Positions 10,142 to 19,152 are shown, counted from the first letter of the stretch. The stretch: DNA of 64,000 nucleotides from Desulfobacterales bacterium (GCA_963674755.2 CAXXVS010000002.1:736001-800000), one strand, 5' to 3'. Numbers and translations are program-made. Notes: a model not told the origin generated them from the sequence alone.

Positions 10142-12328
10142 CTAGGCAAGGCCCAGCAGCTGTCCGCCATTGTATACGATGAAGGACATGATCCAGGCCA
10201 CCAGCGTGGTGTAGCCGACGCTGAAGAACATCCAGCGGTAGGAATTGGACTCCCGGCGAATGGTCGCCACGGTGGCGATGCAGGGGATGTAGAGCAGAAC
10301 GAAAATCATCATGGAAAACGCGGACAGGGGGGTCATGCCCGAATTTAGGAGGGCTTGGCCAAGGGCCGCGGAGCCCTCTTCGTCGACGGCATGCAGAACC
10401 CCCAGGGTGCTGACCACGATTTCTTTGGCCACGAAGCCTGTCAGGAGGGAAACGCCGCCGCGCCAGTCGATGCCGATGGGGGCAAAGACCGGTGCAATGG
10501 CTCTGCCAATCATGCCCATAAAGGAATTGGCGGTTTCCTCGGCCCGCATGGCGCGTTGCATCTCCCGCATGCGCGCCTGCCGTTGCGTTTCCAGCGCGGC
10601 TTTTTCAGCGGGCCCCGCATCGGCGCTCTTTTGGGCATAAGCGGCTTCCAGATGGGCCATGGCCGCCGGGTAGTCATGGCTATAGCGAACGGTGCGGGGA
10701 AACGCGGATAAGGCCCAGATGATGATGGATCCGATCAGGATGATGCCACCCATCTTGCGCAGAAACATTTTGCTGCGGTCCCACATGTGGATCAGCAACG
10801 ATTTGAGCATGGGAACGCGGTAGGGCGGTAGTTCCATGACGAAGGGCGCATCGGCCCCGCGCAGAAGGGTGGTGCGGAAAAGGCGTCCGGAAATGACGGC
10901 GATCAGTATGCCCATAAGGTAGATGATAAAGATGACGCTGCCCGCCCGGGGGCCGAAAAAGGTTCCGGCCAGAATGATATAGATGGGCAGTTTGGCTGAG
11001 CAGGACATGAAGGGGGTGATAAGGATCGTCAACAGGCGGTCCTTTTCACTTTCAAGGGTGCGCGCAGCCATGATGGCGGGCACATTGCAGCCAAAACCCA
11101 TCAGCATCGGGATGAAGGATTTGCCGTGCAGCCCGATTAGATGCATGATTTTATCCATGAGAAAGGCGCAGCGGGACATGTAGCCGGTATCTTCGAATAG
11201 GGCGATGCAAAAAAAAAGGATGAGGATATTCGGTAAAAAAACGATGACGCTGCCCACACCGGCCAGAATACCGTTGATGAGCAGATCCTTGAGCAGGCTT
11301 TCCGGAAGGGCCCGCCCCAGAAAGGTCGCTAACCCGGTTACGCCGGTATCGATCCAGTCCATGGGGTAGGCCCCCAGGGTGAAGGTGAGTTGAAACATGG
11401 CCCAGATAAAAAGGAGGAAAATCGGGAAACCGACGAAGCGATTGGTCAGCACCCTGTCGATATTGCGCGACATGTCGATGCGTTTGCGTGGCGAAGTGGT
11501 GAAGACTTCCTTCATGATGCCGGCAATATAGCCATAACGTTCGTCGGTCAGAACGATTTCCGGATCTTCATTATAGCGCTGCTGAAGGATTTCCCGCCAC
11601 GAAGCCGCCTTTTCCTGCAAAAGGGTGAAGGCCCCTTCCGGCAGCGCCGTTTTGAGGCGGTTCAAAATGACCTGATCGTTTTCGAGAAGTTTGACCGAGG
11701 CCCAGCGCGGCTCGCAAAGCCCTTCAGGCTGGAGATGGGGTGTCAGGAGAAGGATGAGATCGTCGATGGCCGCTTCGACGTCGTTGGAGTAGCGAACCTT
11801 GCGCTCCCTGGACGGCTTCACTTCAGATTCCGCCATTGTGACAGCTTTCTGCAGAAGCGCGTCCACCCCCTGATTCTTGTTTCCGACCGTTTCCAGAACG
11901 GGGACATCGAGGAGTTCCGATAGCTTGGCACAGTCGATTTTAAAGCCCCGGGCACGTGCCACATCGGACATGTTCAAGGCAAAGAGGACGTTGGAGCGGC
12001 CCAACTCACGCAATTGGGTGGCCAGATAAAGGCTTCTTTCAAGGTTGGAGGCATCGATAATGTCGATGACCACATCCGGGCACTCATCAAGGATGTAGTC
12101 GCGCGCGACGATTTCTTCGATCGAAAACGGCGTTAGGCTGTAAATGCCGGGAAGGTCGATAATTTTAAGATCATAGCCGAATTTCTTGATCCGGCCTTCT
12201 TTTTTTTCAACGGTAACCCCCGGCCAGTTGCCAACTTTTTGGCGGGTTCCGGTGATGTTGTTGAAGATCGTGGTCTTGCCCGAATTCGGATTTCCGGCCA
12301 GTGCTATGGTAATCTCCGCATGTGACAT
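10142..12328 (-). CDS. feoB: Ferrous iron transport protein B
   Basis: GNPNSGKT, VGNWPGVTVEKKEG, DLPGIYSL, GFGCNVP, PFMSCSA and FVMELPPY. Confidence 0.97.
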   Translation of the reverse strand: MSHAEITIALAGNPNSGKTTIFNNITGTRQKVGNWPGVTVEKKEGRIKKFGYDLKIIDLPGIYSLTPFSIEEIVARDYILDECPDVVIDIIDASNLERSLYLATQLRELGRSNVLFALNMSDVARARGFKIDCAKLSELLDVPVLETVGNKNQGVDALLQKAVTMAESEVKPSRERKVRYSNDVEAAIDDLILLLTPHLQPEGLCEPRWASVKLLENDQVILNRLKTALPEGAFTLLQEKAASWREILQQRYNEDPEIVLTDERYGYIAGIMKEVFTTSPRKRIDMSRNIDRVLTNRFVGFPIFLLFIWAMFQLTFTLGAYPMDWIDTGVTGLATFLGRALPESLLKDLLINGILAGVGSVIVFLPNILILFFCIALFEDTGYMSRCAFLMDKIMHLIGLHGKSFIPMLMGFGCNVPAIMAARTLESEKDRLLTILITPFMSCSAKLPIYIILAGTFFGPRAGSVIFIIYLMGILIAVISGRLFRTTLLRGADAPFVMELPPYRVPMLKSLLIHMWDRSKMFLRKMGGIILIGSIIIWALSAFPRTVRYSHDYPAAMAHLEAAYAQKSADAGPAEKAALETQRQARMREMQRAMRAEETANSFMGMIGRAIAPVFAPIGIDWRGGVSLLTGFVAKEIVVSTLGVLHAVDEEGSAALGQALLNSGMTPLSAFSMMIFVLLYIPCIATVATIRRESNSYRWMFFSVGYTTLVAWIMSFIVYNGGQLLGLA

Positions 12329-12337
12329 CGAATCGGG

Positions 12338-12589
12338 CTACTCCACTATTTCAACGGTAATTTCCGAGGCCTCTTCCACACGAAGGGAAATATGAAACCC
12401 CTTGACGATGATTTCCAAGGGATCCCGCAGGGGAGCGTATTTTTCAACCAGCAGCTCGGTGCCTTTGGTCATCCCCATTTCCAGAATGCGGCGGCGTAGT
12501 GCGCCGCTGCCACCTACGGCGACGATGCGGGCCCGCTGCCCTTCGGCGATTTTGCTGAGTCGCGTGGCATTAATATCCGGATGATTCAT
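12338..12589 (-). CDS. feoA: Ferrous iron transport protein A
   Basis: RRRILEMG, APLRDP and ISLRxEEA; directly upstream of feoB. Confidence 0.93.
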   Translation of the reverse strand: MNHPDINATRLSKIAEGQRARIVAVGGSGALRRRILEMGMTKGTELLVEKYAPLRDPLEIIVKGFHISLRVEEASEITVEIVE

Positions 12590-12841
12590 ATATCCTGTCT
12601 CGCACAGCGCTGAATGGTGGTCAATGCAACGGCATCAAACTGGCGTATATGGGGGAAAAAAAACTTTTTTGCAATATATTTTTGGATACGTGAACTTTTT
12701 TTGCGGGTTTAAATAAATTTAAAAAAGTAAATATTAAAGATAGTTGGATACGTTTTGGGGATGGCGGGGCGGGAATATGGCGATATTTTCAGGGCGGAAA
12801 ACTGGCATCGTAAAAAAATGTAACTATTCTACAATCGTGGT

Positions 12842-12933
12842 CTCAATAGGATCATTGAAAGCAACTGCCATATTGCTTTCATCTTACCTCCTTCCTCCAT
12901 AGCGGCTCCGGGCAACCGGAGCCGCAAACTTTT
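12842..12933 (+). ncRNA. Candidate small RNA (hairpin, CU-rich anti-SD linker, terminator); antisense to a 17-codon ORF
   Basis: TACAAT at 12830-12835, 9-bp hairpin 12856-12881, TCTTACCTCCTTCCTCC, 10-bp GC hairpin with GCAA loop 12902-12925, then AAACTTTT. Confidence 0.45.
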
Positions 12934-13082
12934 CGGGCGGCACCACGCCCTGGGTGTCCCAAAACCGAACGGTTTCCCCCAGATGGACGGGCGATCTTCC
13001 TCTCAGGCGGCAATGGCCCTGCGACATCATTCCTAAGCCGCGCCGCCGTGACTCAGACCGAATTTCCTCTGCCGGTTGCCTG

Positions 13083-13322
13083 TCAAGCGGTCATTGTGCT
13101 GACACAACAGGGATCGGCATCGTTGATGGAATTGGAGTAATGCTTGCATATCGGGCAGAACTTACGGGGGATACCCCTGCCGGTCCACAGGAGCTTCACG
13201 CGGTGGCGTGTACCGCATTTGGGACAGATGCATTCCGTCGATTTTTCACTGAGACAAATGGACTGGATACACTCGATTCCCTTTTCGGCATCACTGTTTC
13301 CCTTTTCTGTCTTCACTGTCAT
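13083..13322 (-). CDS. Small Cys-rich (Zn-ribbon-like) hypothetical protein
   Basis: CPKC...CPIC pair, GGAG RBS, 79 aa. Confidence 0.75.
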   Translation of the reverse strand: MTVKTEKGNSDAEKGIECIQSICLSEKSTECICPKCGTRHRVKLLWTGRGIPRKFCPICKHYSNSINDADPCCVSTMTA

Positions 13323-13471
13323 TTCTCCACGCTAAAGTTTGGGGTGGGGAGGCCGATGGGCCCCGCGCTGGCCGATATACAGTAAAAATTGAAGCCGATT
13401 GCCATGTCACCGCTGCATGGCGCTAAATGAGACGACGATCCGAAAAGACAAATGAAAACGACGGACGCTAT

Positions 13472-13849
13472 TCAGCAATAACGGGCGCCGGCCCCGTAGC
13501 GACACTCTGTGGTTTTGCCTTCCAGGGACTTTGACCAGCGGACCTCTGCGCAACAGCCGCCACCATCGGGACACGCCAGGGTCGCTTCATTGCGTATTCT
13601 TACGATGACGCCCTGACTGACATCCCAATTCGATTCGAAATAAAGGCCGTTCTTGCTGTAATTCATGACCATGGCGCCGATCAGATCGCCTTCCTGCGTT
13701 TCCAAAATGACGGGTTCTTCATGAGTGAAGCGCATGGCAAGCCGTTTTTCCTTAGGCGGCGTTGCCTGGCATTCCCCCTGGTCGTGAAATGAGCAAAAGT
13801 TCGCTTCATGGAGTCGTCTTGCGCATAATAGTCCCGCGCTTCGGGTCAT
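13472..13849 (-). CDS. PilZ domain protein
   Basis: RLAMR (RxxxR), NYSKNG ([D/N]xSxxG), AEVRW and YGAGARY; ATGA overlap with the upstream RHH stop. Confidence 0.75.
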   Translation of the reverse strand: MTRSAGLLCARRLHEANFCSFHDQGECQATPPKEKRLAMRFTHEEPVILETQEGDLIGAMVMNYSKNGLYFESNWDVSQGVIVRIRNEATLACPDGGGCCAEVRWSKSLEGKTTECRYGAGARYC

Positions 13850-14004
13850 GATCTGATTCCTTTCTTCTCATATTTGCGCACCAAGTCTGCGATCGCCTCC
13901 TCCAACAGAACACCAAGCGATTTATCCGTATCCACCGCGAGATGCTTCAACGCCTTGATCCGGCCTTCATCAACCCGGGTGGAAAATGTCTTTTTTTGCG
14001 CCAT
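13846..14004 (-). CDS. Ribbon-helix-helix (CopG/ParG-like) DNA-binding protein
   Basis: 52 aa; KKTFSTRV beta strand, IKALKHLAV helix and SLGVLLEEAIADLVRKY helix. Confidence 0.85.
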   Translation of the reverse strand: MAQKKTFSTRVDEGRIKALKHLAVDTDKSLGVLLEEAIADLVRKYEKKGIRS

Positions 14005-14009
14005 GTAAG

Positions 14010-14092
14010 AATTAATACAATAAATAAAACAATAAAACAATAAAAAAATATATAAAAATATAACAAATAAAATAAAATAATAAAAATATAAT
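14010..14092. repeat. A-rich iterated tract upstream of the RHH gene
   Basis: 83 bp with no G and 4 C on the + strand; AATAAAAC x2 plus AATAAAAA in tandem (14023-14046); TAAAAATATAA at 14053 and 14081. Confidence 0.8.
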
Positions 14093-14741
14093 GTCAGAAA
14101 TCTTACAACAAAAATTGTAAGCATTCAACTGGGAATTCAGTTCGATAGTCTGTACCGGCCGATTTCATCCTATTCACCGAGGACGTGCTGGGAATCGTTG
14201 GTGAATTTCAACGGAGAAGGCGACAAGGGAAAAAAGACCGGAAAGACGATGAGGGTTCCGCAATGGAAACGGCGTTGTTTGCGGTCTTGCCAATTATGGC
14301 TGGTTTACGTTACTCAGCAGGCATCACCACGAAGTTTGGAAAAGCCCTCGATGCCGCCGGACATGGGTTTGCCGAAGGTTGCTTCTTGAACGGACGAGTT
14401 CGATGGCCGGTGTAAAGGGAGGGAATCGCCTTTCAATATTAGGGCCTGGACCTGATAGCGATGGCGCGCCACAATCGTTAAGAAAACGGCCTGTTGAAAC
14501 GGGTGTCGTGGCAAATGGTCAAACGGTTTGCGGCCGGTCATTCCGGGACCCATGAGGCGTGAAGGCGAATGCCTGTCCGGATGACGCGGGTCAACGTCCC
14601 GATTTTACCTGCGGGATTGCCCTATTGGCCGGTGCGCACCACCTGTTCTGCTTTGCGATAGGTCTTTTGCACTCGGATGCATTGGCTGAAATTGCATTTG
14701 CAGAACACTTCTATCCACAAAACAAAAAAGATGGGTGATCC

Positions 14742-16133
14742 GTGACTGCAACAAATCCAACTAAGGAAGGTGATCAAGGCGCAACGCCATCCGCTGGGGA
14801 GACCGCGTTCCACGAGAAATACAGCGTGAGTTCGGGCCGCAGAAAAAAATTCTTGTGGGGCATAGCCGGCATTGTTTCCCTGGCGGTACTGGTTTTCGCC
14901 GTATCCGAATATATTTATGCGAGGGCGCATGAGGCCACCGACGATGCCTTTATCGATGGTAATATTGTCCCGCTCAGTCCGAGGGTGAACGGACACGTGG
15001 TCAAGGTCTACGTGCACGACAACCAATGGGTCGCGACCGGCGATTTGATCGTGGCGTTGGATCCCCGCGATTTCCAGGCGCGGTTTGATGCGGCCGAAGC
15101 GGCGCTCAAAGCGGCTCGGGCCGCTTATCAGGCTCAAAACGCCGGCGCGGAACTGACTCAGATTACCGCCACGGCGGATCAGGATGAGGCCCGCGAAGGG
15201 GTGACGGCGGCCCTATCCGCGGTTCAGGAATCCGAGGCTCAGTTGACCCTGGCCCAGGCGGCCCTTGACCAGGCCGGCGCCGAAGCCGATGCGGCCCATG
15301 TGCGGCATCAGCGTGACGCCACCGATCTGGAGCGGTATCGCCAGGTGGCCGAGACCCAGGCCGTTTCGGCCCAGGAATTGGACCACGTGCGTGCCGCCGC
15401 GCAGATTGCCGCGGCTGATCTGGCGGCGGCCCGCAAGAAGGTTGCAACGCAACAGGCGAAGGTGCGGCAAACCGAAGCCATGCTGGCCGCATCGAGGGCC
15501 CAGCTTCTGCAAGCCCGGGCACGTCTGGCAGCGGCGCAGTCCGCACCGCAACGCATCCAGCAGAGCCGCTCCCAGGCCAATGTGTCCCAGGCTGATATCG
15601 ACAAGGCCGGAGCTGAAATGACCCAGGCTCGTCTGGCGTTGTCCTACACAAAAATCTATGCGCCGCGCGACGGTTTTGTGACCAAGAAGAGCGTTGAACC
15701 GGGCCAGTTCGTGCAGGCCGGGCAATCGATTCTGGCGATCGTACCACGCCAGGTATGGGTTACGGCCAATTTCAAAGAGACCCAGCTTACCCGCATGCAG
15801 CCCGGTCAGCCGGTCGAAATCACGGTGGATGCCTACCCGGACCTGGTTTTTCATGGCCATGTGGACAGCCTCCAGCACGGTACGGGAGCCCGCTTCAGCC
15901 TCCTGCCGCCGGAAAATGCCACCGGCAACTATGTCAAGGTCGTCCAACGGGTGCCGGTCAAGATTGTCTTCAGTCAGCCTGAAGAAATCGCCCAGGTCCT
16001 CCTGGCACCGGGAATGTCGGTGGTGCCGGAGGTGAATGTCAGTGCCGAAGGGCGTAAGGACAAGGCGTATGACGATGGGGCCAACGATAAACGGTCGTCC
16101 CCGATGACAAAAGGATCGGCGCCGGCATCATGA
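14742..16133 (+). CDS. emrA: EmrA/HlyD family membrane fusion protein
   Basis: TDDAFIDG, long coiled coil, ANFKETQL and FSLLPPENATGNYVKVVQRVPVKI. Confidence 0.93.
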   Translation: MTATNPTKEGDQGATPSAGETAFHEKYSVSSGRRKKFLWGIAGIVSLAVLVFAVSEYIYARAHEATDDAFIDGNIVPLSPRVNGHVVKVYVHDNQWVATGDLIVALDPRDFQARFDAAEAALKAARAAYQAQNAGAELTQITATADQDEAREGVTAALSAVQESEAQLTLAQAALDQAGAEADAAHVRHQRDATDLERYRQVAETQAVSAQELDHVRAAAQIAAADLAAARKKVATQQAKVRQTEAMLAASRAQLLQARARLAAAQSAPQRIQQSRSQANVSQADIDKAGAEMTQARLALSYTKIYAPRDGFVTKKSVEPGQFVQAGQSILAIVPRQVWVTANFKETQLTRMQPGQPVEITVDAYPDLVFHGHVDSLQHGTGARFSLLPPENATGNYVKVVQRVPVKIVFSQPEEIAQVLLAPGMSVVPEVNVSAEGRKDKAYDDGANDKRSSPMTKGSAPAS

Positions 16134-17701
16134 CAGACCCTTCCGCACAAACCGATCCCGCTCCGGTCGTCCACGTCAACAAATGGCTGATGGCCGTCAC
16201 CGTCATGTTCGGTGCGTTCATCGCGGTGATGGACATCAGCGTCGTCAATGTGGCCATGCCGCACATGATGGGTTCTTTTTCCGAAGATCTGTCGTCCATC
16301 ACCTGGGTCGCCACGGCCTACAGCATCGCGGAAATTATCATGGTCACGATGGCCGGTTGGTTCAGCACCTTGATCGGCCGCAAACGGCTTTATTTATGGT
16401 CGATCGGGCTGTTTACGCTGGGCTCCGTTCTTTGCGGAACAGCGGTGACGTTTCCCCAAATGCTTTGCTACCGGGTTCTGCAGGGCCTGGGCGGCGGCTC
16501 CCTGATTCCGGTTTCCCAGGCCATCCTACGGGAATCCTTCCCCCAGGAGGAGCAGGGGATGGCCATGGCCATCTTCGGCATGGGGGTTGTACTGGCACCG
16601 GCCATCGGACCCATTGTGGGGGGCTGGCTGACGGACAACTACGGCTGGCCATGGATTTTTTTCATCAACATTCCGGTCAGTATCATCGGAATCCTCATGG
16701 TCGGTGCTTTTGTCCATGACCCCTCTTATCTGCGCCGGGGCGTGCGAAAAATCGACTGGCTTGGCATCAGCCTGCTGGCTGTCGCGCTCACCAGCATGCA
16801 GGTCGTTCTGGAACGGGGTCAGCGCGAGAACTGGTTTGATTCACGTCTGATCATCTTCGGGACCGTCATCTGCGTGGGGGCCCTGATCGCTCTGATCTAC
16901 TGGGAGCTAAAAACGGCGGAGCCGGTGATCAACCTCCGGATTTTGCGCAATTTACCACTCACTCTCGGATCGGCCATGGGAATTATCTTCGGCGTGGCGC
17001 TCTTCGGCACCACCTTCATCCTACCCCAGTTTACCCAGGACCTACTGGGGTACCCCGCCTTCCAGGCCGGGCTGGTGCTGGCCCCGCGGGCCTTCATGCT
17101 GATGCTCTGCATGCCCGTCGTGGGGCGCCTCTACAACCACGTCGATGCGCGAATCCTGGTGCTGGTGGGAGTAGGGGTCACTTTCTGGTCCTATTATGAT
17201 TTGGCGGGACTTTCCCTTGCGGCGGGATTTTGGAGCCTCGTACCCATCTTGCTGATCATGGGTATCGGCATGCCGTTTATGTTCGTCACCCTGAGCACGC
17301 TTTCCCTGGGCACGGTGCCGCGGTCGGATATGACCGATGCCGCCAGCATCTATACCCTGGCACGCCGGATCGGCGGCAACATCGGCTATGCACTGGCCGC
17401 CACCATGGTGGCGCGCGGCCAGCAGATTCATCGCGCCTACCTGGTCGAGCACGTCAATCCCTTCAACCCTATTTTTTCTGAGTTTTACCGAACCGCCGGC
17501 AATCTGCTGGGGCACGCAGGGCTTACGACCCCGAACATACCGCTCATGGTTGAGGCGCTAACGAACCGGATCGTGAATATGCAGGCCACCATGCAGGCGT
17601 ATAACGACGTTTCCTGGCTCTTCGGCCTTTTATTTCTAGGCACCATACCCCTGGTGCTCCTCCTGCCGGGGCGGGCCGCACTGGAGGGCAAATCCTCCTG
17701 A
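16130..17701 (+). CDS. emrB: DHA2 family MFS efflux permease (EmrB/QacA)
   Basis: DISVVNVAMPHM, WVATAY, RVLQGLGGG and APAIGPIVGGWLTDNYGWPWIFFINIP; ATGA overlap with emrA. Confidence 0.93.
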   Translation: MTDPSAQTDPAPVVHVNKWLMAVTVMFGAFIAVMDISVVNVAMPHMMGSFSEDLSSITWVATAYSIAEIIMVTMAGWFSTLIGRKRLYLWSIGLFTLGSVLCGTAVTFPQMLCYRVLQGLGGGSLIPVSQAILRESFPQEEQGMAMAIFGMGVVLAPAIGPIVGGWLTDNYGWPWIFFINIPVSIIGILMVGAFVHDPSYLRRGVRKIDWLGISLLAVALTSMQVVLERGQRENWFDSRLIIFGTVICVGALIALIYWELKTAEPVINLRILRNLPLTLGSAMGIIFGVALFGTTFILPQFTQDLLGYPAFQAGLVLAPRAFMLMLCMPVVGRLYNHVDARILVLVGVGVTFWSYYDLAGLSLAAGFWSLVPILLIMGIGMPFMFVTLSTLSLGTVPRSDMTDAASIYTLARRIGGNIGYALAATMVARGQQIHRAYLVEHVNPFNPIFSEFYRTAGNLLGHAGLTTPNIPLMVEALTNRIVNMQATMQAYNDVSWLFGLLFLGTIPLVLLLPGRAALEGKSS

Positions 17702-17746
17702 TGACGCCCCCTGATGGCGCCATGGATAGAAAAGGAGATATTCTCA

Positions 17747-18943
17747 ATGGGAGACGCTATGGATAACATGATCTGGATGTCCGGGCATGAACGGCTTGTG
17801 GATGACATTGTGCGCGCTGCGAACTGCTCGCTCTACGATGCGGAGGGAAAGCGCTATGTGGATCTGGAGTCCGGCGTCTGGTGCACGCCGATCGGGCACG
17901 CCCATCCGGCCGTGTTGCGCGCCATGGCCGACCAGGCCGCCCGCATCGTGCATAGCGGTTTCTGCTACGGCAATCCCGGCGTTGCGGCCGCCGCTGCCGC
18001 GGTCCTGGAACTGCACGGCATGACAGGGGGCCGATGCGTCTTCCTGTGTTCAGGCAGCGAGGCCGTGGAATACGGGGTGCGTGTAGCGCAGCATCTCAGC
18101 GACCGGCCCCTGTTGATGACCATGCACGATTCCTATTTCGGCGCCTATGGGTCGGCCCACCGCCGGGAGGCCGCAAGCTGGTTTTCCTTCGATTGGAGCG
18201 ATTGCGCCCGTTGCGGACATACGGACGCCTGCCGTCACTCCTGCGCGCGCTGGGCGGCGATTCCCTTCGAGCGCATCGGTGGTTTCCTTTTCGAGCCGGG
18301 CAGTTCCTCTGGACTGGTGCGCTTTCCGCCCGCCAACCTGATCCGCAGCATCGTCCGGGAGATCAAAACCCGGGGTGGTTTTCTGCTCGTCAACGAAGTC
18401 ACCACCGGTATGGGACGCACCGGCGAATGGTTCGGCTACCAGCACTACGGCCTGAGACCCGATATCGTGGCCATGGGCAAGGGCCTCGGCAACGGCTACC
18501 CGGTCAGCGCCACCGCACTGGCCCCTCCCATGGCCGAATGCCTTGCAGCGCAGCCCGTCCCCTACGCCCAATCCCACATGAACGATCCCTTGGGGGCTGT
18601 CGTGGCGTCCACGGTCATCGAAGTGATTCGTGAAGAGAGGCTAATCGAGCGGGGGCGGGAGATTGCCGCCCTGCTGGCGGAGGGATTGGCGCGCATCCAG
18701 GCCAAGTCGGGCCGCATCCAGGCGATACGCTGGCGCGGCCCCATGATGGCGGTGGAACTGCGCGACGACGATCAGGCCCGCCGGACGACCCGCGTCCACC
18801 GGGAACTGGTCAGGCGCGGCTACATCATGGCCCAGCGGCCGGGCTTGAACGTGCTGCGGCTGGACCCCAGCCTTACCATCGAAAAGCGCGACATCGAGGG
18901 CTTCCTCAAGGTCTTCGAAGACGTTTTGGCGCACGATGCCTAA
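17747..18943 (+). CDS. Class III PLP-dependent aminotransferase-like protein
   Basis: GKRYVDL, SGSEAVE, NEVTTGMGRTG and PDIVAMGKGLGNGYP (Schiff-base Lys); AAAGGAG RBS. Confidence 0.88.
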   Translation: MGDAMDNMIWMSGHERLVDDIVRAANCSLYDAEGKRYVDLESGVWCTPIGHAHPAVLRAMADQAARIVHSGFCYGNPGVAAAAAAVLELHGMTGGRCVFLCSGSEAVEYGVRVAQHLSDRPLLMTMHDSYFGAYGSAHRREAASWFSFDWSDCARCGHTDACRHSCARWAAIPFERIGGFLFEPGSSSGLVRFPPANLIRSIVREIKTRGGFLLVNEVTTGMGRTGEWFGYQHYGLRPDIVAMGKGLGNGYPVSATALAPPMAECLAAQPVPYAQSHMNDPLGAVVASTVIEVIREERLIERGREIAALLAEGLARIQAKSGRIQAIRWRGPMMAVELRDDDQARRTTRVHRELVRRGYIMAQRPGLNVLRLDPSLTIEKRDIEGFLKVFEDVLAHDA

Positions 18944-19152
18944 AAGATGGATGCGGAAGGAAGCCGGCTTGCGCATGGCGCCGATTCAACGGCTGGCTTT
19001 TGGGCGGCGGCGCGGGCCTTCCCGGCTCCGCAACAGAATGGGGTGACGACAATATAGGACTGGCGGCAAGAAACCAGCAGTAGGTAAGTCGCGCGAGTGC
19101 TTAATGCGCGATCAACAGGTCGGCGGCTTCTTCCCCGGTTGCTCTTGCAGGG

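Noticed and set aside
12990..13010. CTCTCAGG glycine-riboswitch-like string
   Set aside because: Upstream GGAGA and CCGAAG elements are absent and there is no downstream + strand gene
14005..14124. Hydrophobic F/Y/I-rich N-terminal extension of the RHH ORF in the ORF track
   Set aside because: Translation artefact of the A-rich tract; the RHH fold begins at MAQKK (14004)
18954..18968. CGGAAGGAAGC resembling the SRP RNA loop
   Set aside because: Lacks the flanking CAGG/GCAG symmetric loop and long stem
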